The notes under the pieces were generated by a model. That model ran no database searches. It saw only the letters and a list, made by a program, of their open reading frames with translations, and had not been told where the DNA came from. Positions 37,435 to 45,716 of a stretch of DNA of 45,716 nt are shown in pieces; the first letter of the stretch is position 1; each line of letters opens with the position of its first letter. Where the stretch lies: positions 1 through 45,716 of the forward strand of contig JAXGNU010000011.1 in the NCBI GenBank assembly GCA_040767805.1, given 5' to 3'. Source of the DNA: Thermovirgaceae bacterium (GTDB taxonomy: Bacteria; Synergistota; Synergistia; Synergistales; Thermovirgaceae). Made by a program: the position numbers and the translations under genes.

Positions 37435-38793
37435 TTGATAGAGATCCCCCTTGATCCGGCTGGGCGGACCCCGCTATACCGCCAGATCGCCGCGCACCTC
37501 ATGAAGATGGTCCAAAACGGCACCCTCGCCCCTGGGGACCGCTTGCCCGGCAGCCGCGACCTGTCGTCAAGCCTCGGTTTGAGCAGGAACACCGTTGTGC
37601 TCGCCTACGACCTCCTTGAGGACGAAGGTTTTATCGAACAGAGGGGGCGCAGGGGTGCGTTCATCTCCTGGAAAGGTCTTCACGAAAATGGCGATAGTGA
37701 GGACGACGGCCCGAGATGGGATATGGCTTCGGGCCTGCCCTCCTTCGACCTGGTCCCCTCGGGGCGCCTGGCCGCCCTTGCCAGGGACGCCCTTCTATCC
37801 AGCGGCCCCGGGGCTCTTTACGACACCCCGCCCGAGGGTCTCCTAACCCTGCGGAACACTTTGGTCAAGCACGCTGCTACGAGAGGAATCCCGGCGAAAA
37901 GGGACGAAGCTGTCGTCACCAGCGGAGCTCGCCACGCCCTCTCCGTCTACATTCATGCCATGGCGTTGAAGGGGGTGAAGAGGCTCTGGATCGAGGAGCT
38001 GACCTACCCGGAGGTAAGGCTCATGGCCCAGGGGGCCGGCCTGGAGATCGCGACGGTCCCCGTCGAACCCGAAGCATTCCTGGCGTCCCTTTCAAGGATA
38101 GGCCCCGGGGAACTGCTTTACCTAATCCCCAGTTTTCATAACCCCACGGGCAGGACCCTTTCGCCCGAACAAAGGAAAACCGTCCTGGAGGCGGCTTCAA
38201 GAACGGGTTTCTGGGTGATCGAAGACGACGCCTATGGGGAACTCCGGTTCGGTGAATCCAGCGTGCCGGCTCTAAAGTCCATCGATCAGGAGAGCCGGGT
38301 GCTTTACCTGGGTTCCTTCAGCCAACTCTTGTTCCCCGGCATGCGCATCGGCTATGTCCTTATGCCAGAGGAGACCAGGAAGGAATTCCTGTCGGTCCTG
38401 GAGAGGACTTCCGGTTCGACCTCCTCGCTGGTGCAGCACCTGGTGAACGCCTTCATCGAAGACCGCAGCCTGGAGGTTTCCCTCGACCTGGCCAGGAACA
38501 GCATGGCTTCACGAATGAGGACCCTTAGCAACTGCCTCGGCGCTATGCTGCCGCGGCTGCCCTTCGAGACACCCCAGGGGGGAATATACCTCTGGCTGAA
38601 AACGCCGGGAAGGTCGGGGACCCTTGTCGCCGAGGCGGCAAAAAGGGTGGGCGTTGGGGTAATTCCGGGCCGTTTGTTCAGTTACACGGGGGAGGACATC
38701 GAGGCCGTCCGGCTGTCGGTCAGCCGGTTGTCGACGGTCATGATCCAGGAAGCGGTTGAGCGATTCGCTTCAACATGGGAAAAACAGCCATGA
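37435..38793 (+). CDS. MocR/GabR-family GntR regulator (wHTH + aminotransferase-like domain) with PLP Lys replaced by Gln
   Basis: PLYRQI, GDRLPGSR.L...LGLSRNTV..AY..L..EG; HNPTG, EDDAYGEL, GSFSQ (normally SFSK), RIGY. Confidence 0.9.
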   Translation: MIEIPLDPAGRTPLYRQIAAHLMKMVQNGTLAPGDRLPGSRDLSSSLGLSRNTVVLAYDLLEDEGFIEQRGRRGAFISWKGLHENGDSEDDGPRWDMASGLPSFDLVPSGRLAALARDALLSSGPGALYDTPPEGLLTLRNTLVKHAATRGIPAKRDEAVVTSGARHALSVYIHAMALKGVKRLWIEELTYPEVRLMAQGAGLEIATVPVEPEAFLASLSRIGPGELLYLIPSFHNPTGRTLSPEQRKTVLEAASRTGFWVIEDDAYGELRFGESSVPALKSIDQESRVLYLGSFSQLLFPGMRIGYVLMPEETRKEFLSVLERTSGSTSSLVQHLVNAFIEDRSLEVSLDLARNSMASRMRTLSNCLGAMLPRLPFETPQGGIYLWLKTPGRSGTLVAEAAKRVGVGVIPGRLFSYTGEDIEAVRLSVSRLSTVMIQEAVERFASTWEKQP

Positions 38794-39362
38794 CGGAACT
38801 CGAGCGGCTTCTCGCCGGGCGGGAGGAAAGGGCTTCCCTCCAGGCCCATGTTCTCCGGGGGTCGGAAGTGATCGTCCAGGTCTCCCTTAATATACCGGGA
38901 CTGCCCAAAAGGATGGCGGGCGACCGGGAAGTGGTCTCCCTAGTAATGGGGTCGATGCGCCGGGAAATGCAACCCCTGGGCGGCGGGCCGGTGCTCCTTT
39001 TTTCCCTCGATAACGGGGCCGGTTATGCTTGTATCCTGGGCGCGAACGGCGTCGACCCGGTGGCGGTGAAAAGACTCGCTATGGCGGTTGAGGACCTGCC
39101 CTGGGGCTCCGTGATCGATGTGGATGTCCTTACCCGAACGGGGGCTCTCCATCGGGCCGGCCTGACCGGGGGCGAGAGAAAGTGTTTCCTCTGCGGGCGG
39201 CCGGCCAAGGATTGCGCCAGGTCCCAGCGGCATGAATACCCCCAGCTTCGTGAAGCTTGTCGGCGAATGCTGGCCGCGGCCCTCGAGGAATTACGAAAAA
39301 AGGGGGGTCTTTCAACGTTGCTGACCCCCCTCATCCTCCTTTACCCAGTCCAGTTCCCTTAA
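38790..39362 (+). CDS. citX: Apo-citrate lyase phosphoribosyl-dephospho-CoA transferase
   Basis: LL..REERA..Q, NIPG..K, VK.....E, IDVDV, R.CFLCG..AK.CARS..H; ATGA overlap with the MocR gene. Confidence 0.88.
   Translation: MTELERLLAGREERASLQAHVLRGSEVIVQVSLNIPGLPKRMAGDREVVSLVMGSMRREMQPLGGGPVLLFSLDNGAGYACILGANGVDPVAVKRLAMAVEDLPWGSVIDVDVLTRTGALHRAGLTGGERKCFLCGRPAKDCARSQRHEYPQLREACRRMLAAALEELRKKGGLSTLLTPLILLYPVQFP
39296..39331 (-). terminator. Hairpin terminator for the small minus-strand gene, inside the citX 3' end
   Basis: AGGGGGGTC / GACCCCCCT 9-bp stem followed by a T-run on the minus strand. Confidence 0.55.
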
Positions 39363-39533
39363 ACGCTTTTTCCACAGAAGCACCGCCGAGACAGCAGTGA
39401 AAGTCCCCCCGAAGAGTCCTAAGAATAACATGCCCGGCCTGGGGCGGCCGATCATGAAACTCCAAAGGGCTGCGATAGCCCTCCCATAAAGGACCATGGT
39501 CCCCAGGGACAGCAAGAGGACGACCAGTCGCAT
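39312..39533 (-). CDS. Small two-TM membrane protein
   Basis: AGGAG RBS before ATG 39533; two hydrophobic segments and a charged tail. Confidence 0.6.
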   Translation of the reverse strand: MRLVVLLLSLGTMVLYGRAIAALWSFMIGRPRPGMLFLGLFGGTFTAVSAVLLWKKRLRELDWVKEDEGGQQR

Positions 39534-39656
39534 GGGCAACACTCCTATCACGGGGTCGATGCTGATTATAACCTGAAAAATTGTAGGTCCACAAAAGTTG
39601 TGATAGTATGCATGTATTCATGTAATACTTTTTCGCCTTCGAGGGAGGAGATCCGC

Positions 39657-40316
39657 ATGATCATGGAGCCCAGGCTATATACAACCTCAGCAGACTATGT
39701 TTACCAGGAGCTCAGGCATAGGATCATCACGAAGCAGCTCAAGCCCGGACAAAGGCTTCCGGAGGTCAATATCGCCGTACAGCTGGCGGTGAGCCGTACC
39801 CCGGTGAGAGAGGCCCTGCGCAGACTGGCCTCCGAGGGCCTTGTCCTCATAATCCCTAATAGCGGCGCCAGGCTGGCCTCACCCACGCAAAAGGAGATGG
39901 AGGACACCTTTGCTGTAAGGGAGCAGCTTGAGAGCATCTCCGTCGCCATAGCGGCTACGCGGATCAGCGAAAGGAACCTCAGGCGGCTGGAGGACGCGAT
40001 CCTCGAGGAGGAGAAGGCCTTCCAGGAGAAGAACCTTGAACTTTTCCTCGAAATCAACGAGAATTTCCACCGCATAATCGCCGAAGCGAGCGGTAACAGG
40101 GTGTTGGCCGAGTTCGTCGAGAATATACTGGCGAGGACCAACGCCTACGTGGTCTTCTATGAACCCTTTTATGACATGGAGGAGAACCCGGGTATCGCCC
40201 AACACAGGGAGATAGCCAAGGCCCTCAGGGAAAAAGACCGGGAAAAGGCCGTGGAACTCATGAGGGAACACCTGGAGTTTTCTCTTTGCGGTCTGAACAG
40301 GCCTTCACGCCAATAG
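39657..40316 (+). CDS. GntR-family (FCD) transcriptional regulator
   Basis: LKPGQRL.E..IA.QL.VSRTPVREAL..L..EGLV; FCD N..FH..I...SGN, QH, H; GGAGGAG RBS. Confidence 0.93.
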   Translation: MIMEPRLYTTSADYVYQELRHRIITKQLKPGQRLPEVNIAVQLAVSRTPVREALRRLASEGLVLIIPNSGARLASPTQKEMEDTFAVREQLESISVAIAATRISERNLRRLEDAILEEEKAFQEKNLELFLEINENFHRIIAEASGNRVLAEFVENILARTNAYVVFYEPFYDMEENPGIAQHREIAKALREKDREKAVELMREHLEFSLCGLNRPSRQ

Positions 40317-40426
40317 GAACACCCGGGCAAGCTGCCACTCGCTCCTCCGAGAACGTGAAAATAGTAAGTGTGAAAAGTGCCACGGGAGACCTGGGTAAGA
40401 AAAGGATCCTGAAAGGGGAGCGTTAG

Positions 40427-41563
40427 ATGAGGGAAACCCCGTTGCCTTCCTTCGATCTCACCAGGAACTGGGAGCGCGTCAGGGATGAGACCCTGGCCGC
40501 CATCAACGTTGTCCTCGACAGCCAGCGCTTTATACTGGGCCCCGAGGTGGAAGCCCTGGAAAAGGACCTCGCGGCTTACCTGGGAACGGCCTATACGGTA
40601 GGATGCGCCTCTGGGACAGACGCGCTCCTCCTAGCCCTCATGGCCCTCGACCTGGGCCCCGGTGACGAGGTCATTACGACGCCTTTCAGCTTCTTCGCCA
40701 CGGCGAGCTGCGTTACCAGGTTGGGAGCCACCCCCGTTTTTGCCGACGTTATGCCCGATTCCTACAATATTGACCCTAAAGAGGTGCTGCGGAAGATCAC
40801 GCCCAGGACGAAGGCTGTTATCCCCGTCCACCTTTTCGGCCAGATGTCCAGGGTGGAGGAATTCGCCCCCCGGCTCGCGGAGAAGGGGATCAGCATCGTC
40901 GAGGACTGCGCCCAGGTCATAGGGGCTACCAGGTCTGTGGGTGGTAAGACCCAAAGGGCCGGCGCGATGGGAGAACTCGGCTGCTTCTCCTTCTTCCCGA
41001 CGAAGAACCTGGGGTGCTTCGGTGATGGCGGCCTGATCTCCCTATCGTCGGAAGGGCTGGACAAGCGGCTTCGAAGCCTGAGGGCCCACGGCTCGGGAGA
41101 ACAGTACTTCCATGACGAGGTCGGGCTCAACAGCAGGCTCGATGAGCTGCAGGCCGCCATCCTCCGGGTGAGGCTCCGTCACCTCGAGACCTGGAACGAG
41201 GAGCGGAGGCTTGTGGCGGAAAGATACAGGATACTCTTCGCCGAGCAAGACCTTGGCGAATGGGTGACCCCCCCTCTTGAAGAGAAGGGTAATCGGCATA
41301 TTTTCCACCAGTACGTCATAAGATGCCGATCCAGGGACCTTTTGAAGGAAAACCTCGCCGGGAGGGGGATCACTACCCGCGTCTATTATCCCCTGTCGCT
41401 CCACCTCCAGCCCTGCTTTTCCTACCTGGGCTACGGCAGGGGCGATATGCCCGTTTCTGAAAACCTCACGGAAGAAGTCCTCGCGCTGCCGATCTTTCCC
41501 GAACTCGAGCCCGGGGAGCAGGAGCGGGTAGTCCAGGCCATCTCGGATTTTTACCACCGATGA
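40427..41563 (+). CDS. DegT/DnrJ/EryC1/StrS-family sugar aminotransferase
   Basis: FILGPEV, SGTDAL, FFAT, PVHLFGQ, EDCAQ, SFFPTKNLG..GDGG, NSRLDELQAA, LPIFPEL. Confidence 0.93.
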   Translation: MRETPLPSFDLTRNWERVRDETLAAINVVLDSQRFILGPEVEALEKDLAAYLGTAYTVGCASGTDALLLALMALDLGPGDEVITTPFSFFATASCVTRLGATPVFADVMPDSYNIDPKEVLRKITPRTKAVIPVHLFGQMSRVEEFAPRLAEKGISIVEDCAQVIGATRSVGGKTQRAGAMGELGCFSFFPTKNLGCFGDGGLISLSSEGLDKRLRSLRAHGSGEQYFHDEVGLNSRLDELQAAILRVRLRHLETWNEERRLVAERYRILFAEQDLGEWVTPPLEEKGNRHIFHQYVIRCRSRDLLKENLAGRGITTRVYYPLSLHLQPCFSYLGYGRGDMPVSENLTEEVLALPIFPELEPGEQERVVQAISDFYHR

Positions 41564-41669
41564 CTGTTTGACCATTCTTGATTTTACCGTTGCTGATGGG
41601 GTAAAATTAGGGCTGAAAAGATACATCGAAGGAGTCTTCCCCGTTGCGGGAGGGCGGAGGTGATGATGG

Positions 41670-42359
41670 ATGTTCCCTTTTTTCTTTGACCCGACCTTCA
41701 TGGTGCTTATCCCGGCCCTGGTGCTTTCCATCTGGGCGCAGGCCCGCATAAGGAGCGCCTTCGGGAGGTACAGCGAAGTCCGTGCCCGGCGGGGCGTTAC
41801 CGCCCGGGACGCGGCAAGGACCATCCTGGATTCCAACGGGCTTTCGGATGTGCCCGTCGAAAGGGTCCACGGGGCCCTGACCGACCATTACGACCCGAGG
41901 AAGAAAGTCCTCAGGCTCTCCGACAACGTTTACGGAAGCCCGAGCATTGCCGCCATCGGAGTCGCGGCCCACGAGGCCGGGCACGCCATCCAGGACGCCC
42001 GAGGGTATGCCCCCCTGAAGCTGAGGAACTCTTTCGTCCCGGTCGCGGGCCTGGGTTCATCCTTAGCCCTACCCCTCTTTTTCATCGGGTTCCTCTTTTC
42101 CAACCCTACGATGATGAACGTGGGAATACTCTTCTTCGTGGCGGTCCTGCTTTTCCACCTTGTTACCCTCCCGGTGGAGATCGACGCGAGCAAGAGGGCT
42201 CTCTCCATACTTTCCAGTTCCGGGCTGCTCGCCACGGACGAGATCGGCGGCGCGAAAGCCGTCCTGAACGCTGCCGCCCTCACCTACGTGGCCGCCACCC
42301 TCATGTCCGCCCTCCAACTGGTGAGGCTCTTCCTGCTTAGAGGGATGAGGAACCGCTAG
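41670..42359 (+). CDS. YugP-like membrane zinc metallopeptidase
   Basis: LTDHYDP, LRLS, AAHEAGHAIQ (HExxH), TLPVE.DAS.RA, AAALTYVAA. Confidence 0.92.
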   Translation: MFPFFFDPTFMVLIPALVLSIWAQARIRSAFGRYSEVRARRGVTARDAARTILDSNGLSDVPVERVHGALTDHYDPRKKVLRLSDNVYGSPSIAAIGVAAHEAGHAIQDARGYAPLKLRNSFVPVAGLGSSLALPLFFIGFLFSNPTMMNVGILFFVAVLLFHLVTLPVEIDASKRALSILSSSGLLATDEIGGAKAVLNAAALTYVAATLMSALQLVRLFLLRGMRNR

Positions 42360-42477
42360 GGACCGCCCAATCTTTGGCTTTTGTGGTTTGAGGTATCATG
42401 GGGGGCTGAGGCCCCCCTGTTCGCTTTGAGGCTCCAGGTTAGGGCCTCAGACGGCTGAGAGGAGATCGATCTGCCCC

Positions 42478-43173
42478 ATGCCCCTGGTTCTTTTGCTGCT
42501 TTTCTTACTGTTTTTCCTACCCTGGCTGGGATTCATCATCCTCGCCCTTTCCCTGTTCCTCTTCCTGGTGGTCCCCCTGGGGTTCGCGGCGAGGTCCCTC
42601 GCCTGGCTCGTGATCGGACCCAGGGTACTTTACAAGGTCCTTTCGGACAAGAGGGTGAGAAAAAACCATGCCCTGGAGCACGGTACGATCAATATCCTCG
42701 AACAGCGGTACGGGCTGCCCGGACTGACCGGCAGGGCCGTGGAGGATGGCTTCGGGCTGAGCGGTTTGGCTAATCCCCAGTTAGTACTGGAAACGGCGGA
42801 ACTGGCCAGGGAAAGGCTCGCGGCCGGGGAAACCCGACTCGCCATACACCGCAGGTGCGGCACGACGATGGTGCTGGTGAACCTCTCCTCCTCGGTGGTA
42901 TTCATCCTCCTGCTGGTCGTCGCCGGGCGGTTTTCCTTCGGGACGGTCCTGCTCTCCCTGGCGGCGGCCTGGATCATCGGCACCTGGGCCAGTCCCTTTG
43001 TCCAGCGTCGCTTGACTATCGACAGCGACGTGGGGGACCTCGTTATCACCGGGGCCGAAGCGAGGCTCCGGCCGGTCCGCTTTTTCGGGGGTACCGCGAC
43101 GCTGCCCGCCGAGGTCTTCGTCAGCACCAGGTCCGCCGCTGAGCCCGTCCTGGCGGAGGTGGTCAGGCCTTGA
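42478..43173 (+). CDS. Conserved membrane protein (DUF6391-like)
   Basis: TM segments with RKNHALEHGT and LAIH.RCGT motifs; AGGAG RBS. Confidence 0.7.
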   Translation: MPLVLLLLFLLFFLPWLGFIILALSLFLFLVVPLGFAARSLAWLVIGPRVLYKVLSDKRVRKNHALEHGTINILEQRYGLPGLTGRAVEDGFGLSGLANPQLVLETAELARERLAAGETRLAIHRRCGTTMVLVNLSSSVVFILLLVVAGRFSFGTVLLSLAAAWIIGTWASPFVQRRLTIDSDVGDLVITGAEARLRPVRFFGGTATLPAEVFVSTRSAAEPVLAEVVRP

Positions 43174-44498
43174 AGGGCAGGGGCATAGAAGCTTCGCTCC
43201 TGGCATGGAGGGATGTCGCCGCGGGTGGCTTCGCCAGCGAAGCCCTCAGGAAGAGGACGGAAACCCTTCCCGAAACGGAAAGAACCCTCGCGGCGTCGCT
43301 GGTTTTCGCCGCCCTAAGGAGGGCAGCCCTCTGGAAGCTCATGGCTCGGGAACTGACGGGGAGGCCCCTGGGAGGGATGAGCCGGGCGGCCGGGGATGCT
43401 CTCGTTTTAGGTATCGCCGGTGTCTGCGAGCTGAAGCATTTCTCGCCCAAGGTCCTGGTTAACGCCCTGGTGGAATGGGTCAAGGAAAAGGGAGAAGGCC
43501 GGGAGCCGGGGATGGTGAATGCCGTCCTTCGCAGGGCGGCCAGGGAGAGCCCCGGATACGTGGCCAGGCTGAAATCGAGCCGGTCCTTCAGGGACGCCTG
43601 CCTCTATTCCGGGATACCAGGCAGGGTGGGCGCTCTCTGGGCGGCATCGTGGGGGCGGGAATTGGCAAAGGAGATCGTGAGGCTCGCGTCGATGAAGGCC
43701 TACCTTTCCCTGAGGGTATCTCCTCGGTGCGACCTGTCGGCGTCAATATCCTCCCTGGAAAAAGCCGGTCAGACTGCCTGGGCTTCGCCGCTCATCGAAG
43801 GAAGCCTCAGGATGGCCTCCAGCGGACACCCGCCCTCGATACCGGGCTACCGAGAGGGATGCGTCACGCCCCAGACGGAATCCTCCATGATCGTCGGGCT
43901 CGTGGCTTCCTCAGTCTATTCAGGTGGTCCCGTCCTCGACATGTGCGTGGGGAGGGGGGTCAAGGCCTTCCAGTTCATCGAGAAAGAACCTGGTGCTCAA
44001 CTGGAAGGATGGGACCTTTCCGCCTCGAGGATAGGCGCCGCCCAGAAGGAGGCGGCCAGGCTCGGCATACCCCGTGACCGTTTCATCCTTCGCTCGGGGG
44101 ATGCGCTGGAAATGGAGCCCCTTACTCCGCCGCGACTGGTGATCCTGGATGCACCCTGTTCAGGGAGCGGGACCTGGGCCAGGCACCCCGACGGCAAGAT
44201 GAGGTTCTCCCCCGATAAGTTGAAGGAACTGGCCTCCCTCCAGTCAAAACTGCTGACCAGAGCGATTGACCTATCTCCCCCTGGCGGCGCCGTCCTGTAC
44301 TCAACATGCAGCCTGTTCAGGGAGGAGAATGAGCAGGTGGTGGCGAAAACAATGGAAGATAGGCCCGGGATTGTTGAAATGCCGCCCCACAACACCTATC
44401 ATTGTCTCATCCGGGGAAGACCGTGGGGAAATTACATCCTTCCGCTACTGCCGTGGTTGGACGGTTTCTTCATCGCGGTACTGACCAAAAGGGCATAG
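43170..44498 (+). CDS. rsmB: RsmB/Sun-family RNA m5C methyltransferase with NusB-like N-terminal domain
   Basis: VNAVLRR, ILDAPCSGSG (motif IV), YSTCS (motif VI), EENE, DGFFIA; SAM motif divergent (DMCVGRGVK). Confidence 0.82.
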   Translation: MKGRGIEASLLAWRDVAAGGFASEALRKRTETLPETERTLAASLVFAALRRAALWKLMARELTGRPLGGMSRAAGDALVLGIAGVCELKHFSPKVLVNALVEWVKEKGEGREPGMVNAVLRRAARESPGYVARLKSSRSFRDACLYSGIPGRVGALWAASWGRELAKEIVRLASMKAYLSLRVSPRCDLSASISSLEKAGQTAWASPLIEGSLRMASSGHPPSIPGYREGCVTPQTESSMIVGLVASSVYSGGPVLDMCVGRGVKAFQFIEKEPGAQLEGWDLSASRIGAAQKEAARLGIPRDRFILRSGDALEMEPLTPPRLVILDAPCSGSGTWARHPDGKMRFSPDKLKELASLQSKLLTRAIDLSPPGGAVLYSTCSLFREENEQVVAKTMEDRPGIVEMPPHNTYHCLIRGRPWGNYILPLLPWLDGFFIAVLTKRA

Positions 44499-44510
44499 GA
44501 GGATCGCAAG

Positions 44511-45596
44511 ATGCGAAGACTGTTCAAGATCACCCTCCTGGTACTGATCCTCGTAATTGCTGGCTCCGGGGTTTTCGCCTTTTACACCATCTTTTTCGGC
44601 GGGAGAGATGTAGCCGTTCCCGGCCTCACGGGTTCCCCCGTCGTCGATGCCGTCAGCTTGACGGAGAAGATGGGTTTGCTGGTCAGGATAGACAAGGTTG
44701 ATTCCGTTCAGCCCGCCGGAGAGGTGGTTTCCCAGTGGCCCGAACCCGGCTCAAGGATCCACAAGGGCAAGATCGTGATCCTGAAAGTGAGCAAAGGGGG
44801 GGACCGTCAGCCTCTCCCCGATGTGAGGGGAATGGAGTACGGACAGGCAGTCACCAGGCTCCAGGAATCGGGATTCGACGTAGGCGATGTGGTCAAGGTC
44901 CACAGCGACAGCAGGCCCGCGGGGGTCATCGTCGCCCAGAGCCCGGCGTCGCCGGTTATGGTCCCGCCCGGTAGGCGGATCGACCTCCTCGTTAGCCTTG
45001 GACCCCCCAGGACGGGGGGCAAGGTCGTTGTGCCCGATGTCCTCGAGAGGAGCGAGAAGATCGCCAGGCAGATCATCGTCCAGAGCGGGCTGAAAGTCGG
45101 GTCCGTCAAGTACGAGTACACCTACATGACGCCGGCGGGGATGGTCATGAATATGGATCCCAAGCCCGGAAAGACCCTTGCTCCCGACGGGGTGGTCAAC
45201 CTTGTGGTGGCCACGGGAAAGAAGCCTGAGGAGCCTGCCCCGCAAGCTTCATCTCCTGCGGAAGAGGAGCGAGAGACGGTCACCTTCCCCACGGAGGTCG
45301 CTCCTGCCTCTCCACCGGTCCCAGGGCCGGCCGTGAGCCAGGAGAAGCCGACAGCTCCTCCAGCTCCGGCGCCTTCCCCGGGTGACAAGATCGCGAGGAT
45401 CCGGTACCAGGTCCCACCCCTCGCCCGGTCCATGCCGGTGAGGATCGAGATCGTGGATGGGAACGGAACCAGGGTCCTTCTCGACCGGCAGGCCTCGGCA
45501 GGAGAGTATATATCCCTGGACGCCCCCTACGTAGGGCAATCGTCGGTGACCATTTACCTTGGGGGGGAATTCGTGTGGCAGGACCGCTATCAGTAA
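44511..45596 (+). CDS. Membrane-anchored PASTA-domain protein without a kinase domain
   Basis: N-terminal TM, three PASTA repeats (VPGLTG, LPDVRG, VPDVL...G.V..Q/M.P..G), Pro/Ala-rich linker, small C-terminal beta domain. Confidence 0.88.
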   Translation: MRRLFKITLLVLILVIAGSGVFAFYTIFFGGRDVAVPGLTGSPVVDAVSLTEKMGLLVRIDKVDSVQPAGEVVSQWPEPGSRIHKGKIVILKVSKGGDRQPLPDVRGMEYGQAVTRLQESGFDVGDVVKVHSDSRPAGVIVAQSPASPVMVPPGRRIDLLVSLGPPRTGGKVVVPDVLERSEKIARQIIVQSGLKVGSVKYEYTYMTPAGMVMNMDPKPGKTLAPDGVVNLVVATGKKPEEPAPQASSPAEEERETVTFPTEVAPASPPVPGPAVSQEKPTAPPAPAPSPGDKIARIRYQVPPLARSMPVRIEIVDGNGTRVLLDRQASAGEYISLDAPYVGQSSVTIYLGGEFVWQDRYQ

Positions 45597-45716
45597 GGGG
45601 GAAGGAGAGGCCGATCATAGCCCCCTCTCTGCTCTCGGCGGACCCCCTGGACATTGGGGGTTCTGTTGACTCTCTTCGAGAAGGATTTGACTGGTTGCAC
45701 CTCGACGTCATGGACG
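45575..45716 (+). CDS. rpe: Ribulose-phosphate 3-epimerase, N-terminal part (runs off the window)
   Basis: Manual translation from GTG 45575: MAGPLSVRGKERPIIAPSLLSAD...DWLHLDVMD; IAPS.LSAD and H.DVMD are Rpe signatures. Confidence 0.9.
   Translation, partial: MAGPLSVRGKERPIIAPSLLSADPLDIGGSVDSLREGFDWLHLDVMD

Noticed and set aside
1..45716. CRISPR arrays, IS elements, prophage genes, tRNA/rRNA
   Set aside because: No spaced direct repeats, transposase or integrase motifs, or RNA-gene signatures seen by eye; intergenic gaps are short.

Overview
A 45.7 kb GC-rich bacterial chromosomal window with about 40 genes, mostly housekeeping and amino-acid/peptide catabolism (rocD, gdhA, two tandem class I/II aminotransferases, OPT transporter plus DmpA-like peptidase, citC/citX), translation/RNA genes (tyrS, asnS, mnmE, RluA-family, rsmB, YhaM-like, beta-CASP nuclease) and a TolC-MFP-RND efflux operon. 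Diderm markers (TolC, lipid A acyltransferase) together with a Firmicutes-like gene order and amino-acid fermentation genes suggest Synergistota (inference). I saw no mobile element, CRISPR array, rRNA or tRNA. Main finding: a probable selenoprotein gene missed by the ORF track (31209-31523, HesB/IscA-like, GGG-U motif) with its own promoter, RBS, SECIS-like hairpin and terminator. Other oddities: an RND pump whose TM4 proton-relay Asp-Asp is Asn-Asn while a new Asp appears in TM11; a MocR regulator lacking the PLP Schiff-base lysine, placed between citC and citX with no citDEF/citG nearby; a CbbX/SpoVK-type AAA+ ATPase fused to a long TPR-like tail and paired with a dCMP-deaminase-family gene; a kinase-less PASTA protein where prkC usually sits; and a paralog whose best-placed start codon is ACG. 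All family calls come from motif recognition by eye; no database search was run.
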